34,644 nt of DNA from Bacteroidota bacterium (GCA_023440945.1 JAEZRL010000510.1:1-34644), one strand, 5' to 3'. Positions 8,113 to 16,999 are shown, counted from the stretch's first letter. Numbers and translations are program-made. Notes: generated from the letters alone by a model not told the origin.

Positions 8113-8916
8113 ATGCAAACAACAACAACAGGTGTAAATACAATCGTTCGCTCAGTAAAAAATGAAATTCCTCTTTTAAACATTCATGCTTTAAATGTGC
8201 ATAGTAAAAATGCTCACCTATTGAAGAATATTAATCTTAATATTCCAAGAAATAAGATAACCGTTTTATTAGGTCCTTCAGGTTGCGGTAAAACAACTTT
8301 ATTAAAGTGCATGAATCGTTTAACAGATCTATATAGTGAACTAAAACTAAGCGGTTCAATTGAAATTGACGGACAAGATATTTTGAATGAAAAAAATGAT
8401 ATAACACAGATAAGACAAAAAATGGGACTGGTTATGCAAAGGCCTTTTCCTTTACCAATGTCTATTTACGATAACATCGCTTATGGTTTGAAAATAAAAG
8501 GTATTCGGAATAAAAACATCATAAAAGAAAAGGTAGAGAAGCATTTGCGGGAAGTGGCATTATGGGATGAAGTAAAAGACCGTTTAAAAAGTTCCGCTCA
8601 ACGATTATCTATAGGACAGCAACAGCGCCTCTGTCTTGCAAGAGGTTTAGCTGTTGAACCTGAAATTATTTTAGCAGATGAGCCTACATCTGCACTTGAT
8701 CCTATTTCAAGCAGGGTGATAGAAGAGCAGTTTACGGAATTAAAAGATAATTATACTATCATACTTGTAACGCATATTTTGAGGCAGGCAAAACGACTTG
8801 CAGATTATGTTGTATTCATGTATTACGGTGAAATAATTGAGCAGGGAACTGCAGAAGAAATATTTGATCATCCAAAAACAGAAATACTAAAAGAATATTT
8901 AAGAGTTGGACACTGA
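8113..8916 (+). CDS. pstB: Phosphate ABC transporter ATP-binding protein PstB
   Basis: 267 aa with Walker A GPSGCGKTT, PstB-like MNRLTDL..G.I..DG.DI, FPLPMSIYDNIAYG, ALWDEVKDRL, signature LSIGQQQRLCLAR and Walker B ILADEPTSALDP. Confidence 0.88.
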   Translation: MQTTTTGVNTIVRSVKNEIPLLNIHALNVHSKNAHLLKNINLNIPRNKITVLLGPSGCGKTTLLKCMNRLTDLYSELKLSGSIEIDGQDILNEKNDITQIRQKMGLVMQRPFPLPMSIYDNIAYGLKIKGIRNKNIIKEKVEKHLREVALWDEVKDRLKSSAQRLSIGQQQRLCLARGLAVEPEIILADEPTSALDPISSRVIEEQFTELKDNYTIILVTHILRQAKRLADYVVFMYYGEIIEQGTAEEIFDHPKTEILKEYLRVGH

Positions 8917-8953
8917 CCTTTTGTTGTTGGGAAGTGTACGTTTGAGCAAACCG

Positions 8954-8980
8954 GCCGTCTTGTCTAAGACGGCTTTTTTT
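8954..8980 (+). terminator. Rho-independent terminator after pstB
   Basis: GCCGTCTT-gtct-AAGACGGC followed by TTTTTTT. Confidence 0.8.
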
Positions 8981-9019
8981 AGAAGACAGAAGATAGGAGA
9001 AAGAAGAATCGCTCACCTT

Positions 9020-9976
9020 TCATATTTCAAGTTTTGCATTTCCAGTTTCGGCTTTCAATGAATATGGTTCAATGAAAATTTGTTTGATAACAGGATATTT
9101 TTCCTGGATGTTCTGTTGAAGCCGTCGTATTGCTTTGATAATATCATCGGTACTAAGCCCTTCTTTAAAGACAGTTTCAAGCACCAATAAAATTTCTTCG
9201 GGAGCAAGGTAAGTAGATAAAGGATAAAAAATTTTTTCAACCGCTTCATCCTGCTGTGCTATTGCTACAACATTTTTCAATATTTCAGGATCAGCAGTTT
9301 CTCCCATCAATAAACTCCGGCTTTCTCTTGCAAGTAATAATGACACTACCGTTAATATCAATCCTATAATAATAGATGCAATACCATCGAAATAGGGATT
9401 ATTATAACGATGACCAAAATAAACACCTGCAAAAGCCACAAGTATGCCTAACACATCAGCTGCATCTTCAAACAACACAACAAAAGTTGCGGGATCTTTA
9501 CTTTTTTTGATTGAACTCCATACAGAACGATCGCCTCTTATTTTATTAAAGTTGCGAAGGGCTACTAAAAAAGATGTGCCGTCAAATAAAAAAGCAACTC
9601 CTAATACAATATAACTCCAGGTAGGATCTTCAATCAATTCGGGCTGCTGCAAATGCGTTATGCCTTCATAAAATGCAATACCGCCGCCAATGCCAAATAT
9701 TAAAATAGAAACAATAAACGACCAAAAGTATAATTCTTTTCCATAGCCGAAAGGACGGTCTTTATCTGCAGGTTTTTTGCTTTTATGTATGCCGAGTAAT
9801 AACAGAATTTCATTGCCGGTATCAACGGTTGAATGTATGCCTTCAGATATCATAGCAGAGCTTCCGCTGATAGCTGCTGCAATAAATTTTGTTATCGCAA
9901 TCGCAAGATTTGCAAACAATGCGCTGTATATAGGAAGTTTTGAAGAAGCCACTTTCCAAGATGCATTCAAAACCAT
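9020..9976 (-). CDS. Cation diffusion facilitator (CDF) family transporter
   Basis: 318 aa with six TM segments. SSAMISEGIHSTVDTGNE and FEDAADVLG are HxxxD/DxxxD-type motifs typical of CDF transporters, and there is a C-terminal cytoplasmic domain. Confidence 0.85.
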   Translation of the reverse strand: MVLNASWKVASSKLPIYSALFANLAIAITKFIAAAISGSSAMISEGIHSTVDTGNEILLLLGIHKSKKPADKDRPFGYGKELYFWSFIVSILIFGIGGGIAFYEGITHLQQPELIEDPTWSYIVLGVAFLFDGTSFLVALRNFNKIRGDRSVWSSIKKSKDPATFVVLFEDAADVLGILVAFAGVYFGHRYNNPYFDGIASIIIGLILTVVSLLLARESRSLLMGETADPEILKNVVAIAQQDEAVEKIFYPLSTYLAPEEILLVLETVFKEGLSTDDIIKAIRRLQQNIQEKYPVIKQIFIEPYSLKAETGNAKLEI

Positions 9977-10053
9977 GCCATCAGGTTCAACAATTCCTAA
10001 TATCCTGATCGAACTGCTGATACTGATATTTAAAAATTTTCATTATGCATTAT

Positions 10054-10084
10054 AAAAAAAGAGCTTGTAAAAACAAGCTCTTTT
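10054..10084 (-). terminator. Terminator after the DUF2911 gene (structurally bidirectional)
   Basis: GAGCTTGT-aaaa-ACAAGCTC flanked by A7 on the plus strand, which is T7 on the minus strand after the stem. Confidence 0.75.
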
Positions 10085-10143
10085 CATTTCAAATAATTTC
10101 AGATCTTTATCAGCAGCATTAGTTTTATCAAGCAATAAAAAAG

Positions 10144-10977
10144 CTATAAGGTTTTTATCAATTCATTTGCCATCCGCACATAATCATCATTTTTTGCTGC
10201 AGTTGCGGTAGTAATACATTTTTGTGCACTTGCTTTTGCTGCAGCTTTATCACCTAAGGCTTTTTCAATTCTTGCTTTAAGAAGATGCATATAAAAAGCA
10301 TCATCATTGTTTTGGAGTGCGCTATTTACATTCTCCAATGCTTTGCTGTAATTCTTATCCATTTCATAATAAAAATTCGCAGCCTGCCAGTAAGGTTTTT
10401 TATCAGACTGCAAAGCAGATTCAATCTGTGCTCTTAGTTTGTCTTTAATGTTTGTAGTGATGGGTACGCGAACATCAGTATTAGCCCACTTCAAATGCAG
10501 ATCGCAGCTTTCTGCAGTAATGTTGCCGAACTGCATGGTAAAGGTTTCAACAGGGGAAGAAGTTTTTTGAGATGCTACTGTAAATCTTGCAACGTCATTT
10601 TTTTCATCGTAGTCAGTGCCAGATTTGTCTGCACCTTTGTTGATGATAACTGTCCATTCTTTCTGTCCGGGAACAGTGAAAATAGCATAAGTGCCACTAT
10701 CTAATTGCTTGCCACCAATAGTTACAGGGTTGTCAAAAATGATTTTTGTGGCATTGTTTGCCCCTGTGCGCCATACTTTACCCAACGGAGCAAGCTCACT
10801 ATTTTGTTGGAAAATCTGTCTTCCCTTAATAGAAGGACGGGAATATTCAAGCACAATTTTGCCTACTCCAAAATTTTGAATAATAGTTTGTGTAGGGCTT
10901 GCCTGCGGCATGTTTAATTGTGCATTCGAGAAAAATACAAAGGCAAAACATAAGTGTAACAACAATAATCTTTTCAT
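10144..10977 (-). CDS. DUF2911 domain protein with C-terminal TPR-like helices
   Basis: 277 aa with a signal peptide. ASPTQTI.Q.FGVGKIVLEYSRPS.KGR.IF..LAPLGKVWRTGANNATKI.F and GTYAIFTVPG..EWTVIINK follow the DUF2911 pattern as recalled. Confidence 0.7.
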   Translation of the reverse strand: MKRLLLLHLCFAFVFFSNAQLNMPQASPTQTIIQNFGVGKIVLEYSRPSIKGRQIFQQNSELAPLGKVWRTGANNATKIIFDNPVTIGGKQLDSGTYAIFTVPGQKEWTVIINKGADKSGTDYDEKNDVARFTVASQKTSSPVETFTMQFGNITAESCDLHLKWANTDVRVPITTNIKDKLRAQIESALQSDKKPYWQAANFYYEMDKNYSKALENVNSALQNNDDAFYMHLLKARIEKALGDKAAAKASAQKCITTATAAKNDDYVRMANELIKTL

Positions 10978-11034
10978 AAAAAGTAGTTTTTACAAACGTA
11001 CAATTTGTAAACAGCATTTTACACAGTGCAGTTG

Positions 11035-12222
11035 TTAATACTTTACTTTGATGCGACTTCTTTTATCGGTATTGCTTGTTGTCCATTTCGGGCCGCTCTT
11101 AATGGCCTCAATTGCTTTATTGGTTAAAGCATTATCGGTTGAGTGAAGTATTTTAAAATTATAAGGGTGGCCTTCTTCGTTTATTGAAAACTCAAGCTCA
11201 ATTTCATTCTCGGCAGAATAAGTTGTATCGTAAGGTTTGTTGAGTTTTTTATAAACATATTCCTGGAATGACTCCCAACCACCTTCGGGAATTGAAGCTG
11301 TGGTATCTTTTGTTAAAGCTGACTTCTTTTTTGTACCGAAACCTGTAACAACAACTTCCGAAAGCGAAAATGTTTTGTCTTTTAATACAACTGTGTTATA
11401 GGCATTATTATGAAGCCGTGTAACAACAGGCTTATAACCCATTGCGGAAATATTTGAAACCACAGAACTATCGCCAGAATTAAAACTGAAATAGCCGTTC
11501 TTATCTGTGACAATGGTGCTGTCATTAATTTTTATCTCTGCATTCACCACAGGTGAGCTGTCTTTATTAATAACTCTTCCTGCTATATAAGAATTGTTAT
11601 CCCTAAAAGCAGACATCCTTGCAGATGCTGCAGCAAAGGCTGATGTACTTTCTGCCTCTTTTGTAAAAGGTTTTTTTGCTTCGGCTATGTTTCTGGCTTT
11701 ATCTACCTCTTTTTCGTTTTGGTGAAATGATTTCTTTTTTCCTTTTTCTAAAGTTTTTGAATTTTCAACCTTAGCTATTACAGGTTCTTTTTTTAAAGTA
11801 AGCAGTGTATCTGCAATATTTTTTTCTTCAATCGGTTTGATACTGTCCGCTGAAAGTGTAGAAGTGTTTTTCGCTAACTCAACTTCTTTCCCAGCAAAAT
11901 TTCTGTTCAAAATAATCACTGTTATCAAACCGATACCAACAAGTAATAACACTGATGCTGCTATCATCCAGCTATTTTTCTGCGAAGGCATTATAACAAC
12001 TCTCGCAGGCTGAGATTTTTGTAAAGCTGTTTTTATTTCTTCTAAGTTTTTCTTAGCTGTAGTAAAGGAGGATTTACCGTAACCTTCAATGGCATCAGCA
12101 AGAAAAGGATCTTGCAAAGCAGCACGTTCTATTTCGTGCATTTCTTTCGCATTCATTTTCCCTTGCAGATATCTTTCAATATCTTCTAAAGTGTAATTGA
12201 TATGTCTTGATTCACCTGCCAT
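11035..12222 (-). CDS. Putative anti-sigma factor/membrane protein with CarboxypepD_reg-like and TonB-C-like domains
   Basis: 395 aa. The cytoplasmic N-terminus (LEDIERYLQGKMNAKEMHEIERAALQDPFLADAIEGY) is followed by one TM, then a GRVINKDSSPV..A.I beta-sandwich motif and a C-terminal TonB-like segment. Overlaps the ECF sigma gene by 11 nt. Confidence 0.6.
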   Translation of the reverse strand: MAGESRHINYTLEDIERYLQGKMNAKEMHEIERAALQDPFLADAIEGYGKSSFTTAKKNLEEIKTALQKSQPARVVIMPSQKNSWMIAASVLLLVGIGLITVIILNRNFAGKEVELAKNTSTLSADSIKPIEEKNIADTLLTLKKEPVIAKVENSKTLEKGKKKSFHQNEKEVDKARNIAEAKKPFTKEAESTSAFAAASARMSAFRDNNSYIAGRVINKDSSPVVNAEIKINDSTIVTDKNGYFSFNSGDSSVVSNISAMGYKPVVTRLHNNAYNTVVLKDKTFSLSEVVVTGFGTKKKSALTKDTTASIPEGGWESFQEYVYKKLNKPYDTTYSAENEIELEFSINEEGHPYNFKILHSTDNALTNKAIEAIKSGPKWTTSNTDKRSRIKVKY

Positions 12223-12697
12223 TTTTTTCCATGCAAATTTTCAGGTTACGTCTTCCATTTTGAATAAGGCTTCTTATTTTATTCCATTCAAAACCCGTTA
12301 ATTCAACTATTTCATTATAACATTTGTTCTGTAAATAAAAAAGCTCAATGCTTTGCTTTTGTTCTGCCGGAAGCTTTTCTATACAATGCTCTAGTTTCTT
12401 TAGCTCCTGCTCTTTTTCCAGCACATTATCAAGATGCGAAAAATCTTCTGATTGCATAACGGTAGAAGGAAATTCAACCGTTATCATTTTCTTTTCCTTT
12501 CGCAGTTGCATCAAACAAAAATTCTTTGCTACAGCATACAACCAGCTTTTAAAATTATCAATATTATGTTGTGGAACTTTCTGCAATAATTCTTCATAAA
12601 TACTCATCACCGCATCTTTTGCAGCTTCTTCATCCAGGTATTTTACGCAAACGCCATAAGTTAAGTCAACATAACGCAGGTAAAGACGAGCAAGCAT
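12212..12697 (-). CDS. ECF-type RNA polymerase sigma-70 factor (N-terminus apparently truncated)
   Basis: 161 aa with region 2 (WLYAVAKNFCLMQLRK) and region 4 (LPAEQKQSIELFYLQNKCYNEIVELTG..IRSLIQNGRRNL). See the finding on the in-frame TAG upstream. Confidence 0.85.
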   Translation of the reverse strand: MLARLYLRYVDLTYGVCVKYLDEEAAKDAVMSIYEELLQKVPQHNIDNFKSWLYAVAKNFCLMQLRKEKKMITVEFPSTVMQSEDFSHLDNVLEKEQELKKLEHCIEKLPAEQKQSIELFYLQNKCYNEIVELTGFEWNKIRSLIQNGRRNLKICMEKNGR

Positions 12698-12787
12698 TTC
12701 CTGCTCACCCGTTTGCTTGAAAGCGAGAAATAATTCCTAATCTGTTTCCGGCGCTTTTTCTATGTGTTTTGCAGATATCAAATACTA

Positions 12788-12882
12788 TTTTTTCTATGTT
12801 GTACTTAGCGTTGTTGCTACTATTATACTTTGTTGTGCCACTCACTTGTACTGCAGTAATCGCTTCAGCAGCTTTCAAAAAG
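12788..12882 (-). repeat. Intergenic repeat family, copy D
   Basis: Minus-strand core CAAGTGAGTGGCACAAC (12832-12848). Shares CTTTTTGAAAGCTGCTG with copy B upstream and AATAGTAGCAAC..GCTAAGTAC with copies A and E downstream. Confidence 0.8.
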
Positions 12883-13047
12883 TTATCCTGTTTTCTCTGC
12901 CTTAAAAACTTCTATCGGCAAAGTAAGACAAAAAAAATTCAGAAGGGTTTATGTAAAAAAATCCAAAGCTGCATCTTTTTTAAAACATCAAGCATTTAAT
13001 TACGGAGAGTCTTATTCAATAAATTATCTCATCCTAAATCAGACATT

Positions 13048-14955
13048 ATGAAAAGTATTCTGTTATGCTTAATGGCATTCGCATTTTCCGTATCAACAAC
13101 TGTTTCTTCAACAGTCATAAAAGGAGTAATAAAAGACGAAAACAACAATCCTGTCAGCGGTGCTTCAGTTGCAATTAAAGGAACGCAAACAAGCACAGTT
13201 ACAGATTCTTCAGGTGCTTTTGAAATAGAGGTTCCAAATGAAAAAGCAGTGCTAGTAATTTCTGCCCTTGGTTATGTTACACAGGAAATATCTGTTAATG
13301 AAAATAATTTTCTAAATATTCAATTGAAAGCTTCAAATGCAGTGTTACAGGATGTAGTAGTTACAGGCTATTCGGTGAACAAACAAATAAATCAAACAGC
13401 AAGTGTTGTATTAGCAGGCAGAGCAAACGGCATAATGGTAAGAGGAGCAGCAAGCTTATCAAAAAGAAAAGCAGAATATAAAAACGGCTACAATGCTCAC
13501 TGGCGTTATAATAATAATTACAACCGGGAAGGTTATGATAAGATAACTGATAATCCATTTTTGAAAGTAAAAGATAATCCTTTATCTACTTTCTCCATTG
13601 ATGTGGATGCAGCTTCATACGCAAACGTCAGAAGATTTATTAATGAAGGACAACTACCTCCGGCAGGAGCAGTGAGAATTGAAGAAATGATAAATTATTT
13701 CAGCTACAAATATCCACAGCCATCCGACGATAGACCTTTTAGTGTGAATACAGAATTATCTGTTTGTCCCTGGAACAACAAACACGGACTTTTATTAATT
13801 GGCTTACAGGGCAAGATCATTCCAGCAGGAAATCTTCCTCCATCCAATCTTGTTTTCCTGGTTGACGTAAGTGGCAGCATGATGGATGAAGACAAACTTC
13901 CACTCGTTCAATCTTCTTTAAAATTATTAGTTGATCAGTTAAGGCCGCAGGATAAGGTTGCAATGGTTGTTTATGCAGGTAATGCCGGAGTGGTTTTACC
14001 TTCAACACATGGTGATAATAAAACGAGAATAAAAGATGCAATCAATCGCCTTGAGGCCGGTGGTTCAACTGCTGGCGGAGAAGGCATTCAGCTTGCGTAT
14101 AAAATTGCAAGAGAAAACTTTTTAAAGAATGGTAATAACCGGGTTATTCTTTGCACAGATGGCGATTTTAATGTAGGCATCAGCAGCGATGATCAACTTG
14201 AAACGCTTATTGAAAACGAAAGAAAGTGCGGCGTGTTTCTTACTGTTTTAAGTTATGGAACAGGCAATTATCAAGATGCAAAAATGCAAAAGCTGGCAGA
14301 TAGAGGCAATGGCAATCATGCTTATATTGATGGATTATCGGAAGCGAAAAAAGTATTGATACATGAGTTCGGTGGCACTTTATTTACGATAGCAAAAGAT
14401 GTAAAACTGCAGATAGAGTTTAATACTGCTAAAGTGCAGGGTTATCGTTTGATCGGATATGAAAACCGCCTCCTGGCAAAAGAAGATTTTAATAATGATA
14501 AAAAAGATGCAGGAGAATTAGGCAGTGGTCATAGCGTTACAGCTTTGTATGAAATTATTCCGTCAGGTATAAAAACAAACGAATTGGATAGTGTTGATGC
14601 GCTTCGTTATCAAAAAACAAAAAGAGAGAAAAATACAGATGGGTTTACAAACGAGATAGTAAATATAAAACTTCGCTATAAGGAACCGGATGCTGAAACA
14701 AGTAAACTTATTCAACATCCGGTTTTGGATAATGTTGTTGCTTTGGAAAACACTTCTGATAATTTCCGCTTTGCTTCATCTGTAGCTGCATTTGGAATGT
14801 TACTAAGAGATTCAAAATACAAAGGCACAAGCGATTTTGATCTGGTAAACAAATTGGCTAAAAAAGCAATCACTGATGACGAAGAAGGTTACAAAATAGA
14901 GTTTATCAAACTTTCAAAAGCAGCATCCTTATTAAAGAACAATAAAGAAAAGTGA
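13048..14955 (+). CDS. von Willebrand factor type A (YfbK-like) protein with N-terminal CarboxypepD_reg domain
   Basis: 635 aa with a signal peptide and GVIKDENNNPVSGASVAIKGT (CarboxypepD_reg-like). MIDAS motif DVSGSM in LVFLVDVSGSMMDEDKLPL, plus GGSTAGGEGI and ILCTDGDFNVG. The C-terminal part resembles the DUF3520 region of YfbK-like proteins. Confidence 0.85.
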   Translation: MKSILLCLMAFAFSVSTTVSSTVIKGVIKDENNNPVSGASVAIKGTQTSTVTDSSGAFEIEVPNEKAVLVISALGYVTQEISVNENNFLNIQLKASNAVLQDVVVTGYSVNKQINQTASVVLAGRANGIMVRGAASLSKRKAEYKNGYNAHWRYNNNYNREGYDKITDNPFLKVKDNPLSTFSIDVDAASYANVRRFINEGQLPPAGAVRIEEMINYFSYKYPQPSDDRPFSVNTELSVCPWNNKHGLLLIGLQGKIIPAGNLPPSNLVFLVDVSGSMMDEDKLPLVQSSLKLLVDQLRPQDKVAMVVYAGNAGVVLPSTHGDNKTRIKDAINRLEAGGSTAGGEGIQLAYKIARENFLKNGNNRVILCTDGDFNVGISSDDQLETLIENERKCGVFLTVLSYGTGNYQDAKMQKLADRGNGNHAYIDGLSEAKKVLIHEFGGTLFTIAKDVKLQIEFNTAKVQGYRLIGYENRLLAKEDFNNDKKDAGELGSGHSVTALYEIIPSGIKTNELDSVDALRYQKTKREKNTDGFTNEIVNIKLRYKEPDAETSKLIQHPVLDNVVALENTSDNFRFASSVAAFGMLLRDSKYKGTSDFDLVNKLAKKAITDDEEGYKIEFIKLSKAASLLKNNKEK

Positions 14956-15097
14956 TGATAAGAAAGTTTTATTGGGTTGATAAGGCTTCAACAAAATGAA
15001 TAATCAATCTTTTAAAGATTTTATGTCATAGAATTAAGGAAAAGACTTGCAATTGATGCTGTAATCAATTTTCATTTCAATTAGAAGATTTTTCGAA

Positions 15098-15178
15098 CCA
15101 CATAAGAAACATTAGAACACAATAGGAATCACATAGAGAAGTAGGTTTTTGATCTATGTTCCTATGTGCCTTATGTGG
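15098..15178. other. Long imperfect hairpin built from CACATA(A)G / CTATGTG units
   Basis: Three nested pairings: CCACATAAG (15098-15106) with CTTATGTGG (15170-15178); CACAATAGGAA with TTCCTATGTG (one bulge); ACATAGA with TCTATGT. Confidence 0.6.
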
Positions 15179-15230
15179 TAAACTATTTTTCTTGCTCTTT
15201 TATTTAAAACTTTTATGCAAATACGAATTC

Positions 15231-16133
15231 TTAATTCCTGAATGCCGGATGAAACTGATGTAAAGTTGCTCTCAAATAATCACGGTCTAAATGTGTATAA
15301 ATTTCAGTAGTGGTAATGCTTTCGTGACCAAGCATTTCCTGTACGGCACGCAAATCAGCGCCACCTTCTACCAGATGTGTTGCGAATGAATGACGAAATG
15401 TGTGTGGTGAAATATTTTTAGTGATACTTGCTTTTTTCGCCAGATCTTTTATGATATAAAAGATCATGATTCGGGATAATTTTTTTCCAAATTTGTTCAA
15501 AAATAAAATGTCTTCAAAAACATTATCCACCTTTTGATGAACACGAATATTTTCTTTATAAAGCTTAATGTATTTTATCGCATCACTGCCGATGGGCACT
15601 AATCTTTCTTTATCACCTTTCCCTATCACACGGATAAAACCAACATCAAGATAAAGACAACTTATTTTTAAATTAACTACTTCGCTTACCCTTAATCCAC
15701 AACTATACATCGTTTCGAGAATTGCCTTGTTGCGGCCGCCATCAGGTTTACTTAAATCAATTTGTGCAATTATTTTTTCTATTTCTTCAAAGCTTAATAC
15801 ATCAGGTAAAGCCCGTTTCAGTTTTGGCGTTTCCAGCAAAGTTGTCGGGTCGATCGAAACAATTTCTTCCAGCAAACAATATTTATAAAAAGCACGCAAT
15901 CCTGAAATCATTCTTGCCTGCGAAGTTGCGGTCATGCCTAATTCTCCCACCCATTTTACAAACTGCTGTAAATCTTTCAATTCAACTTCTACAGGTGCTT
16001 TTGCATTTTGTGTTGCCTGCAAAAATTCTGTTAGTTTATCCACGTCACGCAAATACGCTTCAACAGAATTATCACTCAACGATTTCTCTAATTGTAAATA
16101 GGCTTTAAATCCTTTTTTATACGCATCCCACAT
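15231..16133 (-). CDS. xerD: Tyrosine site-specific recombinase XerD-type
   Basis: 300 aa with an N-terminal SAM-like domain (YLQLEKSLSDNSVEAYLRDVDKL). Catalytic motifs: CGLRVSE (Arg), HTFRHSFATHL (H-x-x-R), LGHESITTTEIYTH (His, Tyr). Confidence 0.8.
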   Translation of the reverse strand: MWDAYKKGFKAYLQLEKSLSDNSVEAYLRDVDKLTEFLQATQNAKAPVEVELKDLQQFVKWVGELGMTATSQARMISGLRAFYKYCLLEEIVSIDPTTLLETPKLKRALPDVLSFEEIEKIIAQIDLSKPDGGRNKAILETMYSCGLRVSEVVNLKISCLYLDVGFIRVIGKGDKERLVPIGSDAIKYIKLYKENIRVHQKVDNVFEDILFLNKFGKKLSRIMIFYIIKDLAKKASITKNISPHTFRHSFATHLVEGGADLRAVQEMLGHESITTTEIYTHLDRDYLRATLHQFHPAFRN

Positions 16134-16197
16134 ATAGCATTTGAAAATAAGATCAATATTAAAACAACTAAGTAATTGAACGTGTTATGCATGATGT

Positions 16198-16315
16198 TAT
16201 ATTTTTTGTTACCAGCATTTGTGCTCATAGCATCGTCCCTTGCGTCGCACTCTTCATCTTCAGATCATTACGCGGCTTTGGTTTCAACTTCAAGAACGGT
16301 TAACAAAAATTATTA
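16198..16315 (-). repeat. Intergenic repeat family, copy F (best-defined inverted termini)
   Basis: Minus-strand core GAAGAGTGCGACGCAAG (16239-16255). Termini are ATTTTTTGTTACC (16201-16213) and GGTTAACAAAAAT (16298-16310, reverse complement ATTTTTGTTAACC). Confidence 0.8.
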
Positions 16316-16419
16316 CAGGCTGCAATAAAAACAATTTTGGAATTACTGTAAACACTTGCGATATTGCCCGTGATAAGTTTTTGTTTCTTATTTTTCTCAC
16401 GCATTCTTACACTCGCATC

Positions 16420-16923
16420 ATGCAACCGGTAAACTTTAATTCGTTCAGACAAAAAGTACGTATCTACCGAAAATTATTCAAGCGTTTTTTAGGTAAGGTT
16501 GAAAAAAATCCTCCCAAAAATCTTGATGCAATTGCAGATGAATTAAACACTGAAGTTTGGCAGCAAGTTGATTGTTTATCCTGTGCTAACTGCTGCAAAA
16601 GAATGACGCCTACTTTCACGCCAAAAGATATCAAACGCATCTCCGCTCACCTTGGTATGAAATCTTCTGCATTCAAAGAAAAATGGTTGTATTATGATAA
16701 GAAAGATGGTGACTGGATGAATGTAAACCAGCCCTGCCAGTTTCTTGATCTCACTACCAACATGTGCAGCATCTATGAAGTTCGGCCTGCAGACTGCGCA
16801 GGCTTTCCACATTTGAATAAAAAGAAAATGGTACAATATATTCATGTTCACCAGCAGAACATTGATTATTGCCCGGCTACATTTAAAATGGTGGAGAAGA
16901 TGATGAAGAAAATCAATCCCTGA
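16420..16923 (+). CDS. YkgJ-family cysteine-cluster protein (putative Zn/Fe-chelating domain)
   Basis: Start moved to MQPVNFNSF, because the longer ORF from 16240 runs through repeat copy F. CLSCANCC (CxxCxxCC), CQFLD..NMCSIYEVRPADC and CP motifs are typical of UPF0153/YkgJ. Confidence 0.7.
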   Translation: MQPVNFNSFRQKVRIYRKLFKRFLGKVEKNPPKNLDAIADELNTEVWQQVDCLSCANCCKRMTPTFTPKDIKRISAHLGMKSSAFKEKWLYYDKKDGDWMNVNQPCQFLDLTTNMCSIYEVRPADCAGFPHLNKKKMVQYIHVHQQNIDYCPATFKMVEKMMKKINP

Positions 16924-16999
16924 TGTTGATATCTTCTGATCACTCTGATGAGAAAATTATCTGCACAATTAATTTTCTCGATAAATTGGTGATTATTTC

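Noticed and set aside
12836-12841. TGGCAC on the minus strand within the copy D core, resembling the sigma-54 -24 element.
   Set aside because: No TTGC(A/T) -12 element at the required 5-nt spacing. The other copies have TGACAC or CGACGC instead, so this is a copy-specific substitution.
15231-16133. The tyrosine recombinase as a marker of an integrative or mobile element next to the repeats.
   Set aside because: Its sequence and size fit the housekeeping XerD type. I see no flanking att-like direct repeats, tRNA-adjacent insertion, excisionase or cargo genes. The neighbouring genes are ordinary chromosomal functions.
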